From Nitrosopumilaceae archaeon (GTDB lineage: Archaea; Thermoproteota; Nitrososphaeria; Nitrososphaerales; Nitrosopumilaceae), in the NCBI GenBank assembly GCA_965203465.1, contig CBDBCR010000001.1, positions 416,001-480,000 of the forward strand: DNA of 64,000 bases, given 5' to 3'. The notes beneath the pieces are model-generated. The model was given only the letters and a program-made list of their open reading frames with translations, was not told the DNA's origin and did not search any database. Positions 1 to 8,006 of the stretch are shown here, piece by piece. The number at the start of each line of letters is the position of its first letter. Position 1 is the stretch's first letter. Position numbers and translations under genes: made by a program.

Positions 1-111
1 GAGCTGACCGCCGAGATATCCGCGAAACTGAGCATAGAGGAGAAGGCGTTCTACGAGGCGGTCAGGCGGGCCAGCGAGGGGTTCGAAAGGGCGATGCTCG
101 GTGGCGCTTGA
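1..111 (+). CDS. 3' end of upstream gene, probably a GINS subunit (partial)
   Basis: Frame 1 reads ELTAEISAKLSIEEKAFYEAVRRASEGFERAMLGGA* (TGA 109-111) and overlaps the mcm start; gins-mcm linkage is common in archaea. Identity inferred from context only. Confidence 0.45.
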   Translation, partial: ELTAEISAKLSIEEKAFYEAVRRASEGFERAMLGGA

Positions 112-2179
112 ATACACGCAGTCGGGCCTCTCGGACCGGGTGACCGAGTTCCTCTCGAGGTTCCGCGGCAAGGACAGATCGTACTCTTACGTCCACGAGA
201 TAGACATGATGATGGCGCGCGGCGCGCGGCACATAGCAGTCGACTACAACGACCTGGTGGAGGTGCCCGAGATAGAGTCGGTGTTCTCGGATAGCCCCGA
301 CTCGGTGCTCGAGGCCTTTTCCAGCTCGATCAGCAGGATACTGGAGGTGCGCTTTCCGAGGTACGCCGAAAAGATACGCGACCAGACGCGCGTGCGCGTC
401 GTAAACTACCCGGTGCAGCGCAGCCTGCGGCAGATAAACGCCGAGGTGATAGGCAAGATGACCAGCGTGATGGGGATGGTCGTGCGCGCATCGGAGGTAA
501 AGTCGCTGGCGCGCGAGGTGGTGTTCAAGTGCCCCGACGGCCACGTCACGCAGATAATACTGCAAAAGGGCATGAACATCGCGCCGCCCCCAAAGTGCTC
601 CAACCCGAAATGCGCCCACCGCTCGCTCGAGGCCAAGCACGAGTCGAGCAAGTTCATAGACTTCCAGATGCTGCGCCTGCAGGAGCTCCCCGAGGACCTG
701 CCGCCGGGCCAGCTGCCCCACTACGTGGACGTGACCATAAAGCAGGACTTGGTGGACAACGCGCGGCCCGGCGACCGGATAATACTGACCGGCATCGTGC
801 GCATAGAGCAGGAGCCCATATCGGGGGTCACCAAGGCTCACAGCGGGGTGTACATACACCGCATCGACGGCAACAACATCGAGTTCCTCGGCGGGCGCGG
901 GACCGGGCAGCGCAAGTCCGAGCGCGAATCGATATCGCCCGACGAGGAGAAGAAGATCCGCTCGCTGTCGCGCAGCCCCGACATCTACGAGAGGCTGGTC
1001 AACTCGTTCGCCCCCCACATACAGGGCCACGACCTCATAAAGGAGGCCATACTGCTGCTCATAGTCGGATCCACGCAGAGGACGATGCCCGACGGTAGCA
1101 AGATACGCGGGGACATCAACGTCTTCCTGGTGGGCGATCCGGGCACGGCAAAGTCCGAGATGCTCAAGTTCTGCGCGCGCGTGGCCCCGCGGGGCATGTA
1201 CACCTCGGGGAGGGGCTCGACGGCGGCCGGCCTGACCGCGGCGGTCGTGCGCGACAAGACCGGCATAATGATGCTCGAGGCGGGCGCGGTGGTGCTCGGC
1301 GACCAGGGCCTGGTGTGCATCGACGAGTTCGACAAGATGAAGCCGGAGGACCGCAGCGCCCTCCACGAGGTCATGGAGCAGCAGTCGGCCAGCATCGCAA
1401 AGGGGGGCATCGTGGCCACGCTCAACGCGCGCACCTCGATACTGGCCGCGGCCAACCCCATGTACGGCAAGTACGACCCGTTCCGCAACATAGGCGAGAA
1501 CGTGGACCTCCCGATACCGCTGCTGACGCGCTTCGACCTCATATTCATCATACGCGACCAGCCCTCGCGCGAGCGCGACCAAAAGATAGCGCGCCACATC
1601 ATATCGATGCACGCGGAGCCGGGCTCGGCGGGCCGCTCCGTCGTCGACATCGATTCCCTGACAAAGTACCTGGCGTACGTGCGCCGCCACGAGCCGGAGA
1701 TGACGCCCGACGCCGAGCAGCGCATACTCGACTACTACCTCAAGATGCGCAACATCGAGGACGAGCACATGATAACGGTCACGCCGCGCCAGCTGGAGGG
1801 GATAATACGGCTGGCCACCGCGCGCGCCCGCCTGCTGCTCAAGGAAAAGGTCGACGACGAGGACGCCGAGCGGGCCATATTCCTCATAGAGCAGATGCTC
1901 GGGACCGTCGGCGTGGACGCGGCCACCGACAGGCGCGACCTGGGCGTGCTGTACGGCAAGCCGCAGAGCGACACGAGCCGCATGTCAATGTTCATGGACA
2001 TACTCAAGAAACTGGAGGGCGAGCGGCCCACGCCGGTCCACGAGGACAAGCTCGTGAAGGAGATGGTGCAGAGCAGCAAGTTCAAGGACGCGGAGGACGC
2101 CAAGCAGTTCATCAAGCGCATGGCCAACGGCGCGTCCATCTACGAGTCGAAGCCGGGCCACTACAGCCGCGTGACATAG
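101..2179 (+). CDS. mcm: Replicative helicase MCM
   Basis: Walker A GDPGTAKS, Walker B VCIDEFDKM, Zn-binding Cys/His (CPDGH..CSNPKC), arginine finger region TRFDLIF, C-terminal wHTH. Confidence 0.97.
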   Translation: MALEYTQSGLSDRVTEFLSRFRGKDRSYSYVHEIDMMMARGARHIAVDYNDLVEVPEIESVFSDSPDSVLEAFSSSISRILEVRFPRYAEKIRDQTRVRVVNYPVQRSLRQINAEVIGKMTSVMGMVVRASEVKSLAREVVFKCPDGHVTQIILQKGMNIAPPPKCSNPKCAHRSLEAKHESSKFIDFQMLRLQELPEDLPPGQLPHYVDVTIKQDLVDNARPGDRIILTGIVRIEQEPISGVTKAHSGVYIHRIDGNNIEFLGGRGTGQRKSERESISPDEEKKIRSLSRSPDIYERLVNSFAPHIQGHDLIKEAILLLIVGSTQRTMPDGSKIRGDINVFLVGDPGTAKSEMLKFCARVAPRGMYTSGRGSTAAGLTAAVVRDKTGIMMLEAGAVVLGDQGLVCIDEFDKMKPEDRSALHEVMEQQSASIAKGGIVATLNARTSILAAANPMYGKYDPFRNIGENVDLPIPLLTRFDLIFIIRDQPSRERDQKIARHIISMHAEPGSAGRSVVDIDSLTKYLAYVRRHEPEMTPDAEQRILDYYLKMRNIEDEHMITVTPRQLEGIIRLATARARLLLKEKVDDEDAERAIFLIEQMLGTVGVDAATDRRDLGVLYGKPQSDTSRMSMFMDILKKLEGERPTPVHEDKLVKEMVQSSKFKDAEDAKQFIKRMANGASIYESKPGHYSRVT

Positions 2180-2205
2180 GCGGGGCAAAAATAGGGAGAA
2201 ATGGG

Positions 2206-2568
2206 CTAGTTGCCCACGTACAGCGATATGAGGATGGTGCCGACCGTCACCCCGGCTATGACGCCGGCGACCAGGCCGTTGCTCTTTTTGTTCGAGCCCT
2301 CTTCGCACACCTTTACGGAGAATATGTATCCTATCGCCTCGATGATGGTCAGGACGATGAACGCATAGTGGCCGCTCGGAGTCGGATAGGCCCACGGGTA
2401 GTAAAAGTACCCCGCGGCGGTGCCTCCAAAGGTCGCAAGCCACGCAGCGATGAACGAGAGCGTGATGATGCCGGTCATGTTTTCCACACGGCGGCCGATC
2501 ATCTTTTCGACGTCTGCGCTTGAACCCCCGGAACCCCCGGCTGAGCCGAATCCTTTGGGTAGTGTCAT
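2206..2568 (-). CDS. amoX: Ammonia monooxygenase-associated subunit AmoX (120 aa)
   Basis: MTLPKGFG..KMIGRRVENMTG..YPWAYPTPSGHY; three TM segments; adjacent to amoA. ATG at 2568 chosen inside the longer ORF. Confidence 0.88.
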   Translation of the reverse strand: MTLPKGFGSAGGSGGSSADVEKMIGRRVENMTGIITLSFIAAWLATFGGTAAGYFYYPWAYPTPSGHYAFIVLTIIEAIGYIFSVKVCEEGSNKKSNGLVAGVIAGVTVGTILISLYVGN

Positions 2569-2658
2569 CTCGGGGCGGGGTCGCCGTAAAATCCTTTTAA
2601 ACCTTTGCCAGCCGACCCCCCAGCGCGCGGATTCGGGCCCCCTGGCACGGAGCCTGTA

Positions 2659-2693
2659 AAATTTTATATACTGACCGCCGCCCACGGCGGCCA
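2659..2693 (+). promoter_or_regulatory. amoA promoter (TATA box TTTTATATA) plus GC-rich palindromic element before the ATG
   Basis: TTTTATATA at 2662-2670, ending 23 nt before the ATG; CCGCCG-CCCA-CGGCGG inverted repeat at 2675-2690. Confidence 0.7.
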
Positions 2694-3344
2694 ATGGTCT
2701 GGCTTAGACGGTGCACCCACTACCTGTTCATAGTGGTGGTCGCGGTCAACTCTACCCTCCTGACTATCAACGCAGGGGACTACATCTTCTATACCGACTG
2801 GGCCTGGACGTCGTTCGTCGTCTTCTCCATATCGCAGACACTCATGCTGTCTGTGGGAGCGGCGTACTATCTGACGTTTACAGGAGTCCCCGGAACCGCA
2901 ACCTACTACGCGCTGATTATGACGGTCTATACGTGGATTGCAAAGGGCGCTTGGTTCGCCTTGGGCTATCCGTACGACTTCATAGTCACCCCCGTATGGC
3001 TTCCTTCGGCGATGCTGTTGGATCTGGTGTATTGGGCCACGAAGAAGAACAAGCACAGCTTGATACTCTTCGGAGGCGTACTGGTAGGGATGTCGCTGCC
3101 GCTCTTCAACATGGTGAATTTGATCACCGTGGCAGACCCACTAGAGACGGCGTTCAAGTACCCGCGGCCGACGCTGCCGCCGTACATGACGCCAATCGAG
3201 CCCCAGGTAGGCAAGTTCTACAACAGTCCTGTCGCCCTGGGAGCCGGTGCCGGCGCGGTCTTGGCCTGCACGTTCATGGCGTTGGGATGCAAGCTCAACA
3301 CGTGGACGTACAGGTGGATGGCCGCCTGGTCAAAGTGGGACTAG
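2694..3344 (+). CDS. amoA: Archaeal ammonia monooxygenase subunit A
   Basis: Canonical 216-aa archaeal AmoA: MVWLRRCTHYLFIVVVAVNSTLLTINAGDYIFYTDWAWTSF...TWTYRWMAAWSKWD. Confidence 0.99.
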   Translation: MVWLRRCTHYLFIVVVAVNSTLLTINAGDYIFYTDWAWTSFVVFSISQTLMLSVGAAYYLTFTGVPGTATYYALIMTVYTWIAKGAWFALGYPYDFIVTPVWLPSAMLLDLVYWATKKNKHSLILFGGVLVGMSLPLFNMVNLITVADPLETAFKYPRPTLPPYMTPIEPQVGKFYNSPVALGAGAGAVLACTFMALGCKLNTWTYRWMAAWSKWD

Positions 3345-3349
3345 AGCCC

Positions 3350-3435
3350 TTTCTTTTCATTTACCCGGCCGGAGCGGCGGGCCTGCGCTCGGCTTGGTGT
3401 AATTTTTTTCGCGCTTTTGTAAAATGTTTTTTTCT
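3350..3435 (+). terminator. Oligo-T tracts after amoA (archaeal intrinsic terminator-like)
   Basis: TTTCTTTT directly after the stop, then T7 tracts near 3403-3409 and 3427-3433. Confidence 0.45.
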
Positions 3436-3470
3436 CCCCCTCTCAAATAGCCCGGGGCGGCAGGCGCGCC

Positions 3471-4361
3471 GTGCAGGGGCAGTCCACGGTCCAGCTCGTG
3501 CGGCCGTTCCTAAAGTGGGCCGGCGGCAAGCGGCAGCTGCTCCCCGACCTCGAGGCCTTGGTGCCCCGGGGGATCAAAAGATACCACGAGCCGTTCCTCG
3601 GCGGCGGGGCCCTCGCGTTCCGCCTGATGTCGACGAGGCCTGATCTGGAGTTTTCCGGCTCGGACGCCAACGCCGATCTGATAGACGCGTACCTCGCCGC
3701 GCGCGACCGCCCGGCCGAGCTGCTCTCGGCGCTGCGGGATCTGGAGGGCAGGTACCTCGCGGATCCCGAAACGTGCTACTATTCGGTGCGCGGATCCGAG
3801 CCGCGCGGGCGGGTGCAGAGGGCCGCCAAGCTCCTGTTCCTGAACCGGACCTGCTACAACGGGCTGTACCGGGTCAACAGCAGGGGCGTGTTCAACGTGC
3901 CGCACGGCAGGTACGAGCGGCCCAACATAGTCAACGAAAAGAAGGTGCGCGCGGCCGGCGAACTGCTCCGCTCCCGCCGGGCCCGGATATCGTGCGGCGA
4001 CTTTTCCTCGGTGCTCGACGAGGCCGGGCGGGGCGACTTCGTCTATTTCGACCCGCCCTACCTGCCGGCCTCGCCGACCGCGTTCACCGCCTACACATGC
4101 GGCGGGTTCGGGCGCGAAAAGCTCGAGGAGCTTGCGCGCGCGTGCGCCGAGCTCGATTCGCGGGGAGTCATGGTGATGGTCTCCAACACCGACGCGCGGG
4201 CCGTCTCGGACATGTTCGCAGGCTGGCACGCGAGGCATCTTGCCTCGCGCCGCATGGTCAATTCGGCCGGCTCGGGGAGGACGGGCCACACCGACCTGCT
4301 ACTGACGAATTACAAGCTCCGGGCGGGATCCGGACCCGCGACCTTTACCTTACCAAGGTAA
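3471..4361 (+). CDS. dam: Dam-family (alpha-class) DNA N6-adenine methyltransferase, orphan
   Basis: PFLKWAGGKRQL, EPFLGGGA (SAM motif I), LNRTCYNGLYRVNSRGVFNVP, YFDPPY (motif IV), ending LLLTNY; the ORF runs on antisense into tRNA-Thr. Confidence 0.92.
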   Translation: MQGQSTVQLVRPFLKWAGGKRQLLPDLEALVPRGIKRYHEPFLGGGALAFRLMSTRPDLEFSGSDANADLIDAYLAARDRPAELLSALRDLEGRYLADPETCYYSVRGSEPRGRVQRAAKLLFLNRTCYNGLYRVNSRGVFNVPHGRYERPNIVNEKKVRAAGELLRSRRARISCGDFSSVLDEAGRGDFVYFDPPYLPASPTAFTAYTCGGFGREKLEELARACAELDSRGVMVMVSNTDARAVSDMFAGWHARHLASRRMVNSAGSGRTGHTDLLLTNYKLRAGSGPATFTLPR

Positions 4362-4388
4362 CGCTCTACCAGGCTGAGCTACCGGAGC
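4315..4388 (-). tRNA. tRNA-Thr(GGT)
   Basis: GCTCCGG-TA-GCTCAGCCTGGTAGAGC-G-TTACC-TTGGTAA-GGTAA...CCGGAGCT cloverleaf; T-loop TCCGGAT is atypical. Confidence 0.9.
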
Positions 4389-4467
4389 AGTGCACGCGGG
4401 CGGCGGGCAAATCCTTATAATTCTTGGTCGCCTAAAGCGTTAAATCGGCGCGCGGCGCCGTCCGTTC

Positions 4468-4572
4468 GGAAGGGTCGTCTAGCCCGGCCAAAGCGGGCCC
4501 GGAGCCCTTGGAAACGCGGGACTTAAGATCCTGTCTCTTAGGAGTCCGTGGGTTCGAATCCCACCCCTTCCA
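4468..4572 (+). tRNA. tRNA-Leu(TAA) with a 20-nt intron in the D arm (4494-4513)
   Basis: GGAAGGG/CCCTTCC acceptor stem, CT-TAA-GA loop, long variable arm, GGTTCGAATCC; BHB CCAA-AG|C...TTGG-AA|A. Confidence 0.9.
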
Positions 4573-4591
4573 TAAAAAAAGGGGCGGGGGC

Positions 4592-4975
4592 TCACTTGTG
4601 CCTGAGCCCCCTGGAGTTGAGAGTCTCGTAGACGTCGGGCAGCGACCAGACGAATCCGATGTGGACGCAGTCCTTTTCCTCGCACAGCATGCAGTAGAGC
4701 TCGCCGCGCTGCACGGCCACCTCCACTATCCTCTTCTGCAGGTTGTCCCTGAGCACGACGCGGTCGTCGTCCACAGAGACCTTCTCCAGCTTTGGGGCGT
4801 GCCTCGCGAAGGTGCTGTCGCGCTGCATGGTCTCTTCGAGCATGTACGTGACGTACCCGGCTAGGCTGTTGACCCCCTTGGAGGCCATCTTTTCCTTGTT
4901 GGCCTTGAAGGTCTCGTGGAACTTGTCGTATATGGTCTCCGAGATCGTTATGGACTTGAATCCTGGCTTGGGCAT
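4592..4975 (-). CDS. Conserved thaumarchaeal protein with N-terminal ribbon-helix-helix-like segment and C-terminal Cys/His cluster
   Basis: MPKPGFKSITISETIYDKF...LYCMLCEEKDCVHIGF; TATA-like sequence about 25 nt upstream of the ATG. Confidence 0.75.
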   Translation of the reverse strand: MPKPGFKSITISETIYDKFHETFKANKEKMASKGVNSLAGYVTYMLEETMQRDSTFARHAPKLEKVSVDDDRVVLRDNLQKRIVEVAVQRGELYCMLCEEKDCVHIGFVWSLPDVYETLNSRGLRHK

Positions 4976-5175
4976 TACGGTATAGTTCGGTACAGAGTAT
5001 ATAATGTTTGGGTTCTGCCCCGGCCGGGGCGCCCTGTACGAAAATCGGCGGAATCGGCCGCCGGCCGGGGAGAGACTTTCGGGCGCGCGGCGCCGCGCCA
5101 GTCGGCAGACGATCGCCGTGCACGGCATCCTTTCGGCGCACTCCTGCAGGCCTTGCGGTCGAGCCTGCCGCGGCA

Positions 5176-5290
5176 GGCGAGCGGGCAGGGCTGCGATCCC
5201 GAAATCGTTTCGCCCCAGACGGCCGCGGCCGCGGGCAGGAGGAGAGCCGGGCGAGCGGGCAGGGCTGCGATCCCGAAATCGTTTCGCCCC
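5176..5290. repeat. Two identical 41-bp direct repeats separated by a 33-bp unique spacer
   Basis: GGCGAGCGGGCAGGGCTGCGATCCCGAAATCGTTTCGCCCC at 5176-5216 and 5250-5290. Confidence 0.9.
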
Positions 5291-5372
5291 CTAGCCGGCA
5301 GGGCATGCTATTTGTACACCAGAAAGACAGTTGATCCGACACGATTTAATAAAGCGCCGGCCTCGCGGGCGT

Positions 5373-6524
5373 ATGGACAGATCCGGCCTCATGATAGGCG
5401 GGATATTCGGCGCCTCGGTGGCCGTGGTGGCGCTGACCGTGCTCATCATCCCGCCGTTCGAACTGCGCCCCGAGCCTGCGGGCGGCATAGTCGAGGCGCA
5501 GGCGCCGTCCCCCGCCCCCGCGCAGGCCCCCGCCGAGCCCTCGTACATCGACCTCTCGCTGGTGCGCATATTCGAAATATCCGAGCCGGGCGTGGTCCAG
5601 ATAGAGGTGCGCCGCCCGCCGCAGCTTGCGTCCCCCGGGGGCGGCGTGGGCTCTGGGTTCGTCTACGACACGCTCGGGCACGTCATAACAAACGCCCACG
5701 TGGTGCGCGCAGCCGAGCGCATATCGGTCACGTTCCTGGACGGGCGCTCTTACGAGGCGCAGCTGGTCGGCGCCGACGCGGACACCGACCTGGCGGTGCT
5801 GCGCGTCGAGGCCAGCAGGTCCGTGCTGCACCCCCTCACGGTGGCAAGCTCGTCGGGACTCAAGATAGGCGAGCCGGTGGCCGCCATCGGGAATCCGTTC
5901 GGGCTGTCCGGCTCGATGACATCGGGGATAGTGAGCCAGATGGGCAGGCTCCTGCCGCAGTCGTCGGGCTTTTCCATACCTGACGTCATACAGACCGACG
6001 CGGCGATAAACCCGGGCAACTCGGGCGGCCCGCTGCTCAACATGCAGGGCCACGTGGTGGGCATCAACACGGCCATCCAGTCCACTACGGGCGAGTTCAC
6101 CGGCATCGGGTTCGCCGTCCCGTCCGACACGCTCAGAAAGATAGCGCCCGTGCTGATAAGCGAGGGCGCCTACGAGCACCCGTGGATCGGGGTGCGCGGC
6201 GCGGACATCGGCCCAGAGTACGCCTCGGTGCTGGGCCTTGCCGACGCGCGCGGGTTCGTCATACTCGACGTGGTGCCCGGCAGCCCCGCATTCAAGGCGG
6301 GGCTGGAGGGGGCCTCCGAGACGGTCACGCGCGAGGGGCGCGAATTCCGGGTGGGCGGCGACATCATACTCTCGGTGGACGGCATGGACGTGCGCAAGAT
6401 AGACGACATACTGATACGCCTGCAGCGCGACAAGGAGGTCGGCGACACCATGACGCTGGGCGTGCTGCGCGACGGCAGGAGCGTCTCGATGGACGTGCTG
6501 CTAGAGGGCCGCCCGTCCCAGTGA
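5373..6524 (+). CDS. HtrA/DegP-like trypsin serine protease with PDZ domain
   Basis: N-terminal TM, GSGFV, TNAHVV, DLAVL, IQTDAAINPGNSGGPL, C-terminal PDZ; TATA TTTAATAAA 5345-5353. Confidence 0.93.
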   Translation: MDRSGLMIGGIFGASVAVVALTVLIIPPFELRPEPAGGIVEAQAPSPAPAQAPAEPSYIDLSLVRIFEISEPGVVQIEVRRPPQLASPGGGVGSGFVYDTLGHVITNAHVVRAAERISVTFLDGRSYEAQLVGADADTDLAVLRVEASRSVLHPLTVASSSGLKIGEPVAAIGNPFGLSGSMTSGIVSQMGRLLPQSSGFSIPDVIQTDAAINPGNSGGPLLNMQGHVVGINTAIQSTTGEFTGIGFAVPSDTLRKIAPVLISEGAYEHPWIGVRGADIGPEYASVLGLADARGFVILDVVPGSPAFKAGLEGASETVTREGREFRVGGDIILSVDGMDVRKIDDILIRLQRDKEVGDTMTLGVLRDGRSVSMDVLLEGRPSQ

Positions 6525-6678
6525 GGGGCGGCCGGGAATTAGGCAGGGGCGGCCGTGCCCGTCCCCCGATTTGCAAGAGTGCGGATCTAGAGCACGAACA
6601 TTGCCGTTTCTCTTGGCGCCCGTAGCGTTTTGGCCTCGGTTGGCGGCCTATGCGAAACGTGGGCGTGCGTTGTTACGA

Positions 6679-6960
6679 CTAGCGCGTTTCCAAGCACGCC
6701 CGCACATCCGGGGCTCGAGTTTGGCGCACGGCCCGCCTTCATCTCGCGCAGCGCCGATTCGAATTTCTGGCGCTTTCCGGGATTGGCTGCCGCGACGTCC
6801 CTCGCGCAGAACGCCTTCCAGCCCGCAGTTCGCACAGCCAGTGCTTTTTTTGGCTCCGACAAGCCTCTTCAGATCGCCGCGCAGATCTTTGCAGGCGTTT
6901 TTGCGGCCAGGATCCGTGCACTGCAACGACGCGCGGGCGGCAACCGGGGAGGCCGCGTCT
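6679..6960 (-). pseudogene. Frameshifted paralogue of the 92-aa protein at 60830-61108
   Basis: Three frames give SLQCTDPGRKNACKDLRGDLKR / AFCARDVAAANPGKRQKFESALREMKAG / PDVRACLETR*, matching LLQCADPDHKNCKDLRDALMR / AFCVSGIATINPKKRQKFEAALRRMKTG / LDVELYLETR*. Confidence 0.8.
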
Positions 6961-7199
6961 ATGGGGATGAACAAGCAGCCGATCTTGGAAGTTTCTTGAC
7001 GGCGGCAGGCGTCGCGGTTGTCCGTACAGGCGTGCGCGAAGCCGGATGAGGTTGCGGCGTCCGAAATCGCGGGTCGCCGCCTCGAGATTTGCCAAAGGCC
7101 GCCGGGACTCTTGACCTAGACCTGCTCCGGAACTAGATCCGTCCGGACAAGGCGTGATCTGGGCCGAACATCGTCCCGTGCGTCTCGGGCGTTGGCAGA

Positions 7200-7565
7200 C
7201 CGCCGTTCGATCACAAGTCTGCGCGTGCGTCCGCAGACTCATTCCACAAGTTTATCACATTTCGCCCTCTCGGCATTCCGGCCCTTTCTCGGAATCTTGC
7301 TGTTTGGATCCCCTTGAACGCGGTACCGCCTACTCTTATGTCGATCAAGTATGTGGGTGAATGTATGGTGCCGACGATGCCGGCCATCCTGACCTTTCCA
7401 CCAATCTACAGATCCGGCGCGCTTGCGACGGACGGCGATATCATCGTTATCGAAGCGCCGGTGTCTGACGCCCATGCACTTTAAGGTCTTTGCGGAACGA
7501 CACGAAACCTCTACGTCCAAGACTGGGACGGCGGGACTGCCGGCTGTTTTTGTAATCGGCAACAA
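7200..7565 (-). pseudogene. Clan AA (retropepsin-like) aspartyl protease, disrupted
   Basis: N-terminal frame PAVPVLDVEVS; shifted frame SDTGASITMISPSVA..L*..YLIDIRVGG..GRNVINLWN, with DTG at 7465-7457 and an in-frame TAG at 7408-7406. Confidence 0.7.
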
Positions 7566-7568
7566 GTC

Positions 7569-7772
7569 TCATTCCGGACACAAAACCGGAGTCACGATCG
7601 CGATGTCGACTGCTCCCGACGACCTGCCCACGTACATGGGCACGTTGCAGAATTTGTTGTACATGCGAGACGTAAGATCTGACTGGGAGCGATCGCGGCC
7701 TTGCAGCCGTCCGTGGACAAAAGCTACAAACTGGCCCTCGAATTCGGGGTTTGCCGAATTCAGGGACACCAA
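7569..7772 (-). CDS. DUF5678-like small protein, possibly degraded; upstream partner of the retropepsin
   Basis: EFEGQFVAFVHGRLQG..DLTSRMYNKFCNVPMYVGR fits the DUF5678 pattern; ends 3 nt before the protease remnant. Confidence 0.55.
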   Translation of the reverse strand: MVSLNSANPEFEGQFVAFVHGRLQGRDRSQSDLTSRMYNKFCNVPMYVGRSSGAVDIAIVTPVLCPE

Positions 7773-8006
7773 GGCCCAGCACGCGTCTTCGCTGTGCTTG
7801 TTTCAGGCGTGTTCGGCGTCGTATTCCGCACCGGGGTTGCCTGCGGGGGCGGCAGGCGCGGACGTCGAATTCATTCCGGCCTGCAATCCTAGCATGCGTA
7901 TTTAGTCCCAAAGCGGCGCGCGGCGGAAGACCTGAGGCCGGATCGGGGCCGGCCCGCCCGACCCTTGTTCGGCAATACTTTAAAGCAAAACTCGGCCAAG
8001 ACGGCC

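Noticed and set aside
62-1768. Long antisense and alternate-frame ORFs (62-1768, 7751-10048, 32648-34609, 42843-45023, 51567-53822 and others)
   Set aside because: Shadow ORFs of high-GC coding DNA; Arg/Gly/Ala/Pro-rich, no motifs, and overlapping confident genes.
2694-3344. Lower GC of amoA (and nirK) as a sign of horizontal transfer
   Set aside because: Better explained by protein constraint and codon usage of highly expressed genes.
5176-5290. Bona fide CRISPR array
   Set aside because: Only two repeats, with no leader or cas operon in the window; kept as an unexplained repeat.
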